The position numbers were made by a program, and so were the translations under genes. Below, one piece after another: positions 9,025 to 18,895 of a stretch of 64,000 nucleotides of DNA. Where the stretch lies: the NCBI GenBank assembly GCA_021800275.1, contig JAJYZB010000004.1, forward strand, positions 83,634-147,633, given 5' to 3'. The notes under the pieces are model-generated. The model saw only the letters and a list, made by a program, of their open reading frames with translations. It had not been told where the DNA came from and ran no database searches. Position 1 is the first letter of the stretch. Each line of letters begins with the position of its first letter. The DNA comes from a bacterium. GTDB lineage: Bacteria; Vulcanimicrobiota; JABDET01.

Positions 9025-10155
9025 TCAAGAGATTGAAAACTCGGGATACCCTTGAATCAAGAGATCCATGTCTATAGAAGACACTTCCCAATCCTTTAAT
9101 TTCACGGCTGCGCTGAGAGAATCAGCTCCCCATCCTTCAATCATTCCTTTTCCACCAGCCCCTCCAAGAAGTTTAGGCGCCATAAAAAGAAGTATTTTAT
9201 CTATTCGTTTTTCTCTTAAAAATGCCCCAAAAACTTTTGATCCCCCTTCTACAAAAAGGCTTGAAATCTGCCGACTGCTTAAAAACTGATACAATGCTGC
9301 CAGATCTATTCTCCCTTCTTTCATCGGCAGTCGAACCACGTCAGCCCCAGATGCTTCTATCTTCTTTATTTTTTCATCATCCCCAGACCCAGTGGCAATC
9401 CAAACTGGGGCTTCTTTTAAGCTTTTCATAAGAGCTGAATCCTCTGAAATTCTTAAATATGAGTCCAGAACTATTCGAATTGGATTTTTAAATTCCGAAG
9501 TTCTGCAGGTGAGCAGAGGATCATCTTTTAAAACCGTATTAATTCCTACTAAAACCGCATCATACCACCCTCTCATTTCCCGCGCTTTTGCCCTGGCTTT
9601 TTCCCCTGTGATCCATTTGGAATCCCCACCTCCAGCCGCTGTTTTTCCATCCAGGGTAATTGCTGCTTTTAAGATGGTAAAAGGGAGGGACTGAGTCATC
9701 CACTTAAAAAATACTTCATTAAGCTGTCTCCCTTGTTTTTCCAAAATGCCAACTTCTGCAAAAATTCCCGCTTCTTTTAATTCTCCAATTCCTTTCCCAT
9801 TGACCTGTGGATTCGGATCCAGAACAGAGACAATCACTTTTTTAATTCCTGCAGCAGTGATGGCTTTTGTGCAGGGAGGAGTTTTCCCATAATGGCAGCA
9901 TGGTTCAAGATTAATATAAAGGTCAGAGTCATGCGCTCTCTCCCCCGCCATTTTTAAAGCTTCAATTTCAGCATGAGGAAGTCCAAAACCTTGATGATAT
10001 CCTTCTCCTACAATCTCTCCATTTTTAACGATAACAGCTCCTACCATGGGATTAGGGGAAGTTTTTCCTTTCCCCTTTTCCGCCAGCCAAAAGGATCTCT
10101 GCATCAAAGCGATCTCAGATTTCATCATTTCATAATAGGGAAAGAAAAAAATCAA
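9025..10155 (-). CDS. ribD: bifunctional riboflavin biosynthesis deaminase/reductase
   Basis: Deaminase zinc motifs HAEIEAL and PCCHYGKTPPC, followed by a RibD C-terminal reductase domain. The start could be a downstream Met. Confidence 0.9.
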   Translation of the reverse strand: MIFFFPYYEMMKSEIALMQRSFWLAEKGKGKTSPNPMVGAVIVKNGEIVGEGYHQGFGLPHAEIEALKMAGERAHDSDLYINLEPCCHYGKTPPCTKAITAAGIKKVIVSVLDPNPQVNGKGIGELKEAGIFAEVGILEKQGRQLNEVFFKWMTQSLPFTILKAAITLDGKTAAGGGDSKWITGEKARAKAREMRGWYDAVLVGINTVLKDDPLLTCRTSEFKNPIRIVLDSYLRISEDSALMKSLKEAPVWIATGSGDDEKIKKIEASGADVVRLPMKEGRIDLAALYQFLSSRQISSLFVEGGSKVFGAFLREKRIDKILLFMAPKLLGGAGGKGMIEGWGADSLSAAVKLKDWEVSSIDMDLLIQGYPEFSIS

Positions 10156-10178
10156 TTTTCTTATCTGTCATTGTTTTA

Positions 10179-11237
10179 TCAATGACCTTTTAAAGCAGAA
10201 TCCGAAGAAACTTGATTCGGATCAAACTCCTGTCTATGGGCTCTCTGACGTTCAAGCTCAGCAAAAACAGCATCTAAAAAACTAGAGATCCCTTCTCCTG
10301 TGACAGCAGAAATCGAAAAGAACGGAATCCCCTGTTCTTTAAAACAAGCTGCCACTCTCATGACTTTTTGAGCGGCTTCTGGGATATCATTCTTATTTCC
10401 GGCAAAAATCTGAGGAAGCTCGCTGAGTTTTGGGCTGAAAGAGTTTAACTCATGATTAATGACCTCCACTAATCTCATAGGTTTTTTTTCATCCACTTCC
10501 ATTAAATCCACCAGATGAACTAAAACCCTGGTTCTTTCAATATGTTTTAAAAATCGTATCCCCAGTCCAGAACCCTGATGCGCTCCTTCAATCAATCCTG
10601 GTATATCAGCAAAAACAGCCTGTTTCCCATAATGACTCACCACCCCTAATTGAGGAGTCAAAGTCGTGAATGGATAATCTGCAATTTTTGGGCGAGCCGC
10701 AGAAATTCGAGATAAAAAACTGGATTTCCCGACATTGGGAAACCCAATAATTCCAACATCAGCCAGAAGTTTTAACTCAAAACGCAGCTCCCTCTCTTCT
10801 CCGAGTTCACCTGGCTCAGCATTTTTAGGAGCCTGATTGACTGAAGTGGCAAAATGAGAGTTTCCCCTTCCTCCTTTTCCCCCTTTTGCAGCGATTATTC
10901 GTTCCCCATGCCTGGCTAGATCCCCCAGCATTAATTTTTCCCGTTTGTCAAAAACAACAGTTCCAACAGGAACAGGCAGAATTAAATCTTCTCCATTTCT
11001 CCCGTGCATATCTTTCCCTTTTCCCTGCTCCCCACTTTCAGCTTTAAAATGTCTTTTATAGCGAAAATCCAGAAGAGTTTGAAGCTCTTTCCTCGCCTCA
11101 ATAATCACACTTCCGCCATTCCCGCCATCTCCCCCATTAGGGCCCCCAAACGGAACATATTTTTCTCTCCTGAAACTAATGCAGCCATCCCCCCCATCCC
11201 CTGCTTTCACATAAATAACCGCTTCATCTATAAACAT
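10179..11237 (-). CDS. obg: GTPase Obg
   Basis: MFIDEAVIYVKAGDGGDGCISFRREK glycine-rich Obg fold, G1 GFPNVGKS, G3 DIPG, G4 NKND. Start set at ATG 11237. Confidence 0.92.
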   Translation of the reverse strand: MFIDEAVIYVKAGDGGDGCISFRREKYVPFGGPNGGDGGNGGSVIIEARKELQTLLDFRYKRHFKAESGEQGKGKDMHGRNGEDLILPVPVGTVVFDKREKLMLGDLARHGERIIAAKGGKGGRGNSHFATSVNQAPKNAEPGELGEERELRFELKLLADVGIIGFPNVGKSSFLSRISAARPKIADYPFTTLTPQLGVVSHYGKQAVFADIPGLIEGAHQGSGLGIRFLKHIERTRVLVHLVDLMEVDEKKPMRLVEVINHELNSFSPKLSELPQIFAGNKNDIPEAAQKVMRVAACFKEQGIPFFSISAVTGEGISSFLDAVFAELERQRAHRQEFDPNQVSSDSALKGH

Positions 11238-11448
11238 AATCTCTAGTCCTTCTGTTCCAACCAATTGTTTCCTACTGGAAGCCTCCTCAACTGGATCCGG
11301 GGCACGACGTATTCAATTTGTGGTAATCTTCAATTATTGACAGCAAATCACTGGCTATTTAACATTCGTTTAATGTTGATTTAATTCTCATTTATTACCC
11401 TGTGTATATACTATAATCATCATCAATTCAAAAAGGAGGAGGACAATA

Positions 11449-12243
11449 ATGAATACAAATTCAGGAGTTAAAAAAATCGGTGGAATAATCATGGGCGCAA
11501 CCATGGGAATCATGGCTTTAACATCACCTGCTCAAGCAGGAACCAGAATAAACAGTCTTTCGGCTAATAATGGACAAGAAGAAACCTGCCCATCCTGTCT
11601 TCATGCAAATTATCAGTATGATCCCAATGACAATTACAGCTCCGGGTTTTCAGTAGGAAAAAATGCGGCAGTTGATATGGCGGTCAATATTTATGTCAGC
11701 CGGTCCCTGGGTGGACAGCTAGATAAAGCTGCTCCAACCATCATGAAAGATTACCAGCAGTTCCAGAAAGGAGTTGAAATGGGGAAAAAATGCCCTGAAG
11801 GAACTTATGAATGGTATCAACACCATATCCCTAAAACAGAAACAGAGCAGGCTTTTGCGAATGGATTTGTGCGAAGTTATCAAATTACTCATCCAAAAGC
11901 AGCTGACTTGGCGCAGAGAGAAAAAACAATGACCCTTAATCAAGGATACATTGATGGGTTTAAAGCCGGCATGTTAAAAGGATTTGAAAAAGTAGCAGCT
12001 TTAGAAACACAGTTAGCTAACCATCAGCGAAACTATGCTCAACAATATAAAGAGGTTGCAAAGGATTATGAGCAAAGTCATTCCTTCAGCGCTTGGATTT
12101 TTGGAGGATCAAACTTTGATAAACAGATGGCTGCTGACAGTATGAAAAATGCAAAATATCATATGAAAGAAGCTCAAATCTACCAAACTGCAGTTCAGCA
12201 GGCGCAGCAAGCTGAACAAGCTCTTACTCAAAAAAACCGGTAA
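11449..12243 (+). CDS. hypothetical secreted protein
   Basis: Strong RBS AAAGGAGGAGG. Signal-like N-terminus ...IIMGATMGIMALTSPAQA|GT. Gln/Lys-rich helical C-terminus. No family recognised. Confidence 0.6.
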   Translation: MNTNSGVKKIGGIIMGATMGIMALTSPAQAGTRINSLSANNGQEETCPSCLHANYQYDPNDNYSSGFSVGKNAAVDMAVNIYVSRSLGGQLDKAAPTIMKDYQQFQKGVEMGKKCPEGTYEWYQHHIPKTETEQAFANGFVRSYQITHPKAADLAQREKTMTLNQGYIDGFKAGMLKGFEKVAALETQLANHQRNYAQQYKEVAKDYEQSHSFSAWIFGGSNFDKQMAADSMKNAKYHMKEAQIYQTAVQQAQQAEQALTQKNR

Positions 12244-12383
12244 CCAAATAGACGAAAAGCGGTCAAGGAGCGCACCCAACGCCGCAGCTCTTCCCGTGTC
12301 CACGGCAGAAAATGAGAAACTTAGGTATCACAATATGATTTTATGAAGAAGCGCTCAAACTGCGGGAAACCAGATATAACAGC

Positions 12384-12803
12384 TTACAAGAGATCTAAAA
12401 GAGGAAGAAAAGGGGATTCTGGACGTGGAACTAATTTTTGATCTCTGCAGTCCACCAAAAGATCCAGCTTTTCCAAAATCACCTGACCCAGGAGTGGGGT
12501 ACTGTTAGGTGCGCCCACAATACAGTTATCTTCTGTAGAACGATTCCCAACCCGAACTGTTACAACTCCTGCCACAGGTCTTTCTTCCTTCCTGCCATCT
12601 GCATACGTAACAACGACTTTTCTTTTTTCTCTCAGTCCCAGTTCTTCGACAAGATCTTGAGGGAGAACCAGCATAACAGCGCCGCTGTCAGCCAAGACTG
12701 AAACTTTCGCTGAATGAATCTGATTTTCAGGAATGAAATTTCGGAGATAAAGCTCTCGATCTCCCGCATTCTCCAATTCAACTTCAACCGTCACTTTTCC
12801 CAT
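12384..12803 (-). CDS. retropepsin-like (clan AA) aspartyl protease
   Basis: MGKVTVEVEL... then catalytic LADSGAVMLVLP and a C-terminal PLLGQVILEKLDLLVD strand, as in the small bacterial/archaeal retropepsin-like family. An alternative ATG lies at 12818. Confidence 0.7.
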   Translation of the reverse strand: MGKVTVEVELENAGDRELYLRNFIPENQIHSAKVSVLADSGAVMLVLPQDLVEELGLREKRKVVVTYADGRKEERPVAGVVTVRVGNRSTEDNCIVGAPNSTPLLGQVILEKLDLLVDCRDQKLVPRPESPFLPLLDLL

Positions 12804-13000
12804 GGTATTCAGTTTCATAGTAAAAAATTCTGCGAAGTTTAATGAGGTTCCTCTCTATTTCCAGCGTGTTATTCCCCAGCACAGCAATTTTGTCGTGAAA
12901 CTAAAAGACAGACACACAAAGACAATTAACATCATGTCAAAGGGAAAGAAAAAACGCCTGAAGAAATTAAACAGCAAGATAAACAGTAGAAAAAACGAAA

Positions 13001-13354
13001 ATGGGAATTACTTATATTGACGGCGCTGTAACAGGGACAACAGGCAAATAAGCCTCTGTTCACTTTCTTGTTGACAGTGGAGTTGTCTATACGCTTCTTC
13101 CCGAAAAAGATTGGAAAACAATTGAGTTAACCCCAAAAAGATCCATGACTTTCAGACTTGCAGATGGAACTCCTGTTGAAAGGCAGATTTCCGAGTGCCA
13201 CATTTCTCTTCCACAAGGGGAAGGGCACACCCCTGTTATTTTGGGAGAATCAGGAGATGAGGCTCTGCTTGGAGTTTTTACTCTTGAGATTCTAGGGCTT
13301 GTCTTTAATCCTTTTTCGCGAACTCTTCTTCCGATGAGAATGATGCTGGCATAA
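13001..13354 (+). pseudogene. retropepsin-like aspartyl protease interrupted by an in-frame TAA at 13049-13051
   Basis: One frame reads MGITYIDGAVTGTTGK*ASVHFLVDSGVVYTLLP...TFRLADGTPV...PVILGESGDEALLGVFTLEILGLVFNP. The stop lies 8 codons before the catalytic DSG. The track ORF 13145..13354 is only the C-terminal half. Confidence 0.6.
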
Positions 13355-13397
13355 AGATCCCTATCCTCCCCTTTACTAATCAATCCCTTTCAACCCT

Positions 13398-14210
13398 TTA
13401 TCTCAGCAGAATTCTATAAAAGAAAAGAACAAAAATAGTAAGCAGATGAGAATCTATTCGATCCAGGACTCCTCCGTGTCCTGGAAGAATGGCTCCTGAA
13501 TCTTTAAGTCCTGCTTTTCTCTTGAAAAATGATTCTATGAGATCTCCTCCAACTGCTGCAAAAGGAAGACCTGAACCTAACAATATTCTTTGAACGAGAG
13601 TCATATCCAAAAACTTACCCATTAAAAAAATCGCAATCCCTGAAATCAAAATTCCCCCTATAGTTCCCTCAACCGTTTTTCCAGGACTGATTTTAGGGAA
13701 AGCCTGATGTTTCCCGATCCCTTTCCCGACAAAATACGCGGCTGTATCATAAAAAGCAGCAGCTAAAATTGCGATAAAAAGCCACCAAAATCCATGATTC
13801 ATCATCCGCAGATAAAAAGCAAGACTGAGCGGGAGAGAAATCCATAAAAAGCCTATCGAAATCCAGAACGGAGACAAAAAATTTAATTTCTTAGAAAGCC
13901 TTAAAATCCACGACAAGCAGAAAAAAAGAAAAATAAAAACACAGGATGAAATCAACAAAAAAGAAGAAAATGAAACACGCATAGAAAATCTCTGCTTATC
14001 AAACATTATCAAAAATAGAAAAATATCAGCGCCATATCCGAACTGCTGATAAAATCGATCCACTTTAGACGCGCGATAAAATTCATAAAGGGAAATAAGG
14101 CTTAAAAAAAACGCTCCTATTCCAACTGCATAAGAACTCTCATAAACAAGAAAAAAAACAATACCGGCAAAAAAAATCCCGGTAAAAACTCTTTTCCCGA
14201 GCGTGTTCAG
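13398..14210 (-). CDS. cdsA: phosphatidate cytidylyltransferase
   Basis: CTP-transferase signature SPGKTVEG ... SFFKRKAGLKDSG..LPGHGGVLDRIDS. The track ORF starts at GTG 14063. The same frame stays open for 49 more codons (KRVFTGIFFAGIVFF...SLYEFYRA), which resemble the usual CdsA first helices. The 5' boundary is uncertain (see finding). Confidence 0.8.
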   Translation of the reverse strand: MNTLGKRVFTGIFFAGIVFFLVYESSYAVGIGAFFLSLISLYEFYRASKVDRFYQQFGYGADIFLFLIMFDKQRFSMRVSFSSFLLISSCVFIFLFFCLSWILRLSKKLNFLSPFWISIGFLWISLPLSLAFYLRMMNHGFWWLFIAILAAAFYDTAAYFVGKGIGKHQAFPKISPGKTVEGTIGGILISGIAIFLMGKFLDMTLVQRILLGSGLPFAAVGGDLIESFFKRKAGLKDSGAILPGHGGVLDRIDSHLLTIFVLFFYRILLR

Positions 14211-14956
14211 CTTCCACCCAGTCGTCTTGAACGGCCCTGATAATCGGCAATTGCCTTCACCAAATCTGCTTTCTTAAAATCGGGCCAGAGCAGAGGAGTA
14301 AACCAGAACTCCGCATATGCCATCTGCCAGAGCAAAAAATTACTTATTCTGAGCTCTCCACTGGTTCGAATTAACAAATCTGGATCAGGAACTCCTGCGG
14401 TATAAAGGTGATCCGAAATTAAATTTTCATCAATCTGGGACAGCTCAAGCTCTCCATTCTTCACTTTCTGGCTGATTTTTTTAACAGCATCCAGCATTTC
14501 GGTTCTTCCACCGTAATTGACCGCCAAATTGAGAAGCAGCTTTGAATTTTCAGCCGTATATTCTTCTGTTTTTTTAAACTCAGCTTGAAGTTTTTCCCCC
14601 ATTTCCTGAGGATGCCCGATCACCCGAAACCGAACCCCGGCGCGATAAAGATTTTCTCTTTCTTTTCTTAAGTAAAAATCAAATAAGTGCAAAATAATCT
14701 CTATTTCTTCTTTGGATCTTTTCCAATTTTCTTTTGAAAATGCGTAAGCAGTTAAAACTTTCACCCCTAGATCTCCACAAGATTCTACGATCTGTTTCAG
14801 GGATTCCGCGCCTTTTCTGTGCCCTTCCCAAACTGGCAGGTGATGCTCTTTTGCCCACCTTCTATTCCCATCCATGATGACCGCAATATGCTGGGGTATA
14901 TTGGATGGGTCAAGAAAAGATTCAGAAAAAACCGATTTTGTTTTTGCCAGCGCCAT
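14207..14956 (-). CDS. uppS: isoprenyl transferase (undecaprenyl diphosphate synthase)
   Basis: HIAVIMDGNRRWA, AFSKENWKR, IRTSGELRISNFLLWQ, DYQGRSRRLG; 249 aa. Confidence 0.92.
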   Translation of the reverse strand: MALAKTKSVFSESFLDPSNIPQHIAVIMDGNRRWAKEHHLPVWEGHRKGAESLKQIVESCGDLGVKVLTAYAFSKENWKRSKEEIEIILHLFDFYLRKERENLYRAGVRFRVIGHPQEMGEKLQAEFKKTEEYTAENSKLLLNLAVNYGGRTEMLDAVKKISQKVKNGELELSQIDENLISDHLYTAGVPDPDLLIRTSGELRISNFLLWQMAYAEFWFTPLLWPDFKKADLVKAIADYQGRSRRLGGS

Positions 14957-15013
14957 AGTCTATTCTAAAAATAACTCTCTATTAGAATTTCAGGAAAAAG
15001 GAGATATTTTCCT

Positions 15014-15214
15014 CTATAAAATTCCTGCAGATTCCTCTGCAGCAGTCAAAATTAATTTCCCTTCTCTGGTGACCTGGCGAACAATTCTCCATTTCCCATT
15101 TCCTTTAAAAGATTTAACTGAATATGTTTTTTGAACTTCAAACTCCAGTCCAAACTCTTCAACTTTTCTGATAGCATCACCCATAGGAAAAGCAATCACA
15201 TCGGGAGACATCAT
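15014..15214 (-). CDS. small conserved-looking hypothetical protein (66 aa)
   Basis: Its ATG overlaps the frr stop (ATGA at 15211-15214). The alpha/beta-looking sequence is not low complexity. No family recognised. Confidence 0.4.
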   Translation of the reverse strand: MMSPDVIAFPMGDAIRKVEEFGLEFEVQKTYSVKSFKGNGKWRIVRQVTREGKLILTAAEESAGIL

Positions 15215-15771
15215 ACTTCCATAATCTCTTTTTCTTTAGCAGAAAAGACTGCATCTAATTCTTTGGTATAATGGTCAACTAGTTTTTGAACCTGATCTTG
15301 AAGCCGTTTAACTTCATCTTCAGGAATTTCTCCTTTTTTTTCCTGCTCTTTGAGTTGTTCGTTTGCCTCTCGTCTGAGATTCCGCAGAACAACTTTACCC
15401 TCTTCAACTTTCTTTTTAACGATCTTTACCAGATCCTTTCTTCTTTCTTCTGTCAGCTGGGGAATAGGAATTCTGATAATAGCCCCATCAACACTCGGGA
15501 CCAAACCTAAATCCGACTTCAAAATCGCTTTTTCAATCGCTGGAATGGTTGATTTATCAAAAGGCTGAACAACCAGAAGTCTGGGTTCAGGGGCTGAGAT
15601 TCCACCTAATTGTTTCAAAGGCATTTCAGCTCCATAGGCGCTCACAACGATTTTATCCAAAAGAGCTGAAGACGCTCTTCCTGAGCGAACAGTAGAGAGT
15701 TCTTTTTTATGAAGCTCTAACGTTTTTTTCATTTTTTCTTCTATTTGACCGACAAGAGATGAACTTGACAT
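15211..15771 (-). CDS. frr: ribosome recycling factor
   Basis: 186 aa; LSTVRSGRASSALLD, IPIPQLTEERRKDLVK motifs. Confidence 0.95.
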   Translation of the reverse strand: MSSSSLVGQIEEKMKKTLELHKKELSTVRSGRASSALLDKIVVSAYGAEMPLKQLGGISAPEPRLLVVQPFDKSTIPAIEKAILKSDLGLVPSVDGAIIRIPIPQLTEERRKDLVKIVKKKVEEGKVVLRNLRREANEQLKEQEKKGEIPEDEVKRLQDQVQKLVDHYTKELDAVFSAKEKEIMEV

Positions 15772-15790
15772 ATTCAGAAGCTCCCTTCGC

Positions 15791-16507
15791 TTAATCCTGA
15801 CGGACCAGGGTTCCTACTGCTTCACCCTTCAAAATATTTTTTATGCTGTCCTGCTGTTCCATATTAAAAACCATGATTGGCAGCCCATGATCTTTGCAGA
15901 GAGAAATTGCAGCTGCATCCATGATTTTCAAATTCTTGCTGATCACGTCCATGTAAGTTAACTCATTATATTTTACAGCCTGTGGAAATTGTTTGGGATC
16001 CATGTCATAAACGCCATCCACTTTAGTGGCTTTTAATAAAGCTTCTGCTCCAATTTCAAGAGCGCGCAGAGCAGCTGTAGTATCTGTTGTGAAATAAGGA
16101 TTGCCGCTGCCAGCCGCTAAAATTACCACTCTATTTTTTTCAAGATGGCGTACTGCTCTTCTACGGATAAATGGCTCTGAAACAGCTCTCATCTCTATCG
16201 CTGAAAGAACTCTGGTAACAACTCCCAGATGCTCCAGACAGTCTTGAAGAGCAAGGGCATTCATAACTGTTGCCAGCATCCCCATGTAATCTGCAGTAGC
16301 TCTATCCATAGAGCGATGTGCCTGATCCGTTCCCCTCCAGATATTGCCGCCTCCCACAACAACCGCAATCTGAACGCTCATCTCTTGAATTTCTTTAATT
16401 TGTTTGGCATACTTCTCAACAGCCAGCAGATCAATTCCATAACCTTGGCTGCCAGCAAATGCCTCTCCTGAAAGTTTCAAAAGAATTCGTTTAAATCGAA
16501 AACTCAA
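15791..16507 (-). CDS. pyrH: UMP kinase
   Basis: [38 protein letters not shown]; 238 aa. Confidence 0.95.
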   Translation of the reverse strand: MSFRFKRILLKLSGEAFAGSQGYGIDLLAVEKYAKQIKEIQEMSVQIAVVVGGGNIWRGTDQAHRSMDRATADYMGMLATVMNALALQDCLEHLGVVTRVLSAIEMRAVSEPFIRRRAVRHLEKNRVVILAAGSGNPYFTTDTTAALRALEIGAEALLKATKVDGVYDMDPKQFPQAVKYNELTYMDVISKNLKIMDAAAISLCKDHGLPIMVFNMEQQDSIKNILKGEAVGTLVRQD

Positions 16508-17118
16508 TCCGAATTCTCTCCTAAAGCAAATCTCGAAAAACGGCGAACCAGAATATTCTCACCGATTTTTCCAATAACTTCTTTAATCATCATTGAAACA
16601 GGTTTTTCCTGTTCTTTAATATAAGGCTGCTCTAAAAGACAAACTGCCTGAAAAAACTTTTCCATTTTGCCATCCACAATTTTCTCGACAATAGCAGAGG
16701 GTTTCCCTTCACGGAGAGCGGACTCTCGATGAGCTTTTTTCTCCTCTTCAATCATTTCAGGTGGAACCTGTTCTCGGGAGACCCATTTAGGATTAGAAGC
16801 TGCTACCTGCATGGCTAAATTCTTGCACAAATTTTGAAACTCATCCGTTCTAGCCACAAAATCAGTTTCGCAGTTAACCTCTATTAAAGTACCGATCTTG
16901 CCTCCGAAATGAATATAGGCTTCAACTCTCCCTTCAATCGCTTTTCTGTCCTTCTTTTTTTCAGCGGCAAGAATCCCTTTTTGTCTTAATATCAACACAG
17001 CCTTTTCCATCTCACCTGCAGATTCTTCCAGGGCCTTTCTGCAGTCCATCATTCCCGCCCCTGTTTTTTCTCTCAATTCCTTAATCAAACTTGCTGGGAT
17101 TGTCGTTCCTTGAGTCAT
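16504..17118 (-). CDS. tsf: translation elongation factor Ts (short form)
   Basis: [25 protein letters not shown]-like N-terminus; 204 aa. It overlaps pyrH and rpsB by 4 nt each. Confidence 0.9.
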   Translation of the reverse strand: MTQGTTIPASLIKELREKTGAGMMDCRKALEESAGEMEKAVLILRQKGILAAEKKKDRKAIEGRVEAYIHFGGKIGTLIEVNCETDFVARTDEFQNLCKNLAMQVAASNPKWVSREQVPPEMIEEEKKAHRESALREGKPSAIVEKIVDGKMEKFFQAVCLLEQPYIKEQEKPVSMMIKEVIGKIGENILVRRFSRFALGENSD

Positions 17119-17930
17119 TCTAGTTCCACCTCTTCATAATACTCTTCTTCATAATCTTTTTCCAACAGCTCTTCAACTTTTTCTTGTGATTCTAGCTCCT
17201 CCATAGAAAGAACTTCCCCTTCTGTGGCTTCAGCAACCTGCTCAGACATAACCGCTTTCCCTTCTAAAACTGCATCAGCCATTTTGGAAGTCAACAATTT
17301 AACTGCCCTGATAGCATCGTCATTCCCAGGAATTGGATAATCCACTTCATCTGGATCGCAGTTCGTGTCAATCACTGCCACAATTGGAATCTCGAGCTTT
17401 CTTGCTTCTCGAACAGCAATCGCTTCCTTTTTAGGATCAATAGCGAACACTGCCCCTGGCAGTTTATCCATCCCCTCAATTCCTGAAAGAAACTTTTCAA
17501 GTCTTTCCAATTCTTCCCTCAACTTATTCGCTTCTTTTTTGGGGAGATTCTCCAGGATTCCCTGTTCATTCATTTTTCTGAGCTCTCTCATCCTCTCAAC
17601 CCGCTTGCGAATAACCCCAAAATTCGTCAAAGTGCCCCCGAGCCATCTCTGAGTCACGTAAAACATCCCGCAGCGAACAGCTTCTTCTATAACCACATCC
17701 TGAGCCTGTTTTTTTGTGCCAACAAACAAAATCGCTTTGCCTTCTTTAGCGGTATCTCTTAAGAATGCAGCGGCTTCTTTTATTTTCTGGACAGTCTTTT
17801 GAAGATCAATAATATAGATCCCATTCCTCTGCGTAAAAATAAATCTAGACATTTTGGGATTCCACCGTCTTGTCTGGTGCCCAAAATGCACTCCTGCTTC
17901 CAGGAGCTGTTTCATTGAAATTGCAACCAT
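17115..17930 (-). CDS. rpsB: 30S ribosomal protein S2
   Basis: [22 protein letters not shown] start, with an acidic C-terminal tail. Confidence 0.95.
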   Translation of the reverse strand: MVAISMKQLLEAGVHFGHQTRRWNPKMSRFIFTQRNGIYIIDLQKTVQKIKEAAAFLRDTAKEGKAILFVGTKKQAQDVVIEEAVRCGMFYVTQRWLGGTLTNFGVIRKRVERMRELRKMNEQGILENLPKKEANKLREELERLEKFLSGIEGMDKLPGAVFAIDPKKEAIAVREARKLEIPIVAVIDTNCDPDEVDYPIPGNDDAIRAVKLLTSKMADAVLEGKAVMSEQVAEATEGEVLSMEELESQEKVEELLEKDYEEEYYEEVELE

Positions 17931-18016
17931 GCATCACCTCTTTTCACTGTGCTGTTTTCGGTTCGGTAACGATTGAAAATTCCCTGCATGGGGGGATAGA
18001 CGCTGCCAAAAGCAGT

Positions 18017-18895
18017 TTACTGCTTCAAGTTTAAAACCCGGGAAGCGGTATCCCTTATCAACTGAGCAAAAGGGAAAAATACATTCCCAGCAGCTGCAGT
18101 TACCAGAACGCTGAAAGGAGGGGTTATCAAAGGATGAAAGCCTTTGTAAAACTTCTCAAAAATATCCTTTTCAGCCAATCTATTCCGATTTGAAATCAAT
18201 ATTTCGCTGAATTTACTCTCCATATCAGAATCCCACTGCTCAACATACTTCTCCCCATATTTTTGCACCATTTTATGGATCTCTTCATCCGACAGTTCTT
18301 TAATTTTCTCTACCACAGGACGAACATTAGAAGGTTCTGCATATTTTCCCATAATGGTGAGGTTAGCTTTAGGGATTTTTTTAATGCTAGGAACCAAAAT
18401 TTCTCTTGTGGAAATTCCACGATTAAAACTCTGTCCAAAATCGCCTGCCAAAACAGTCCCATCTTTTGCAATAAAAATATTGCTGTTATTAATCGTAATA
18501 TCCCAATCTCCTAACCAACCCCGCACAACACACTGGGCAACCGCTTCATTCGGATTCTTAATCTTTTTCGCCGAAGTCTCCCATAAAGTGGAAAGATCAG
18601 GAACATACGGACAGATTACCGCTTTTTCAAGCTGCCCTTCTTGATTCCTCACTGCTCCTTCCTGATAAGGAATTCCAGGCAATTTAAACTCATCCACCAT
18701 AATATGAGAAGCCACTACTTCTTTCGCAATCGCTTCATTCACTTCAAGAGGACTCCTATTCCCTATCCCATACTGTTTTACAACATACAAATTCCCATCC
18801 TCCCCCCTTGCTTTCTCTGCATGATGAGCTCCCGAGAAATGGGCTTTAGCCCCTGCTGCTGGTTGATTCAAAGGGAAAACTTGAAGGGGTTTCAT
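18017..18895 (-). CDS. kinase-fold paralog 1 (PI3K/PI4K-like catalytic signature)
   Basis: GAHHAEKARGEDGNLYVVK (Gly-rich segment plus Lys), NEAIAKEVVASH, AVICPYVPD, WLGDWDITINNSNIF-x3-DGTVLAGDFG. Its ATG overlaps the paralog 2 stop (TAATG at 18893-18897). Confidence 0.65.
   Translation of the reverse strand: MKPLQVFPLNQPAAGAKAHFSGAHHAEKARGEDGNLYVVKQYGIGNRSPLEVNEAIAKEVVASHIMVDEFKLPGIPYQEGAVRNQEGQLEKAVICPYVPDLSTLWETSAKKIKNPNEAVAQCVVRGWLGDWDITINNSNIFIAKDGTVLAGDFGQSFNRGISTREILVPSIKKIPKANLTIMGKYAEPSNVRPVVEKIKELSDEEIHKMVQKYGEKYVEQWDSDMESKFSEILISNRNRLAEKDIFEKFYKGFHPLITPPFSVLVTAAAGNVFFPFAQLIRDTASRVLNLKQ

Noticed and set aside
10156-10178. FMN riboswitch upstream of ribD
   Set aside because: Only 23 bp separate ribD from obg on the same strand, so there is no room for the element.
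12802-13020. Track ORF including the Lys-rich peptide MSKGKKKRLKKLNSKINSRKNENGNYLY
   Set aside because: It lies in the A-rich divergent control region between the two retropepsin-like genes. It overlaps the start of the plus-strand copy, has no RBS, and has a composition typical of translated poly-A-rich DNA.
13087-13383. Track ORF antisense to the interrupted retropepsin gene
   Set aside because: The sense strand carries a full-length family-typical sequence. The antisense translation is Ser/Arg/Pro-rich with no motif.
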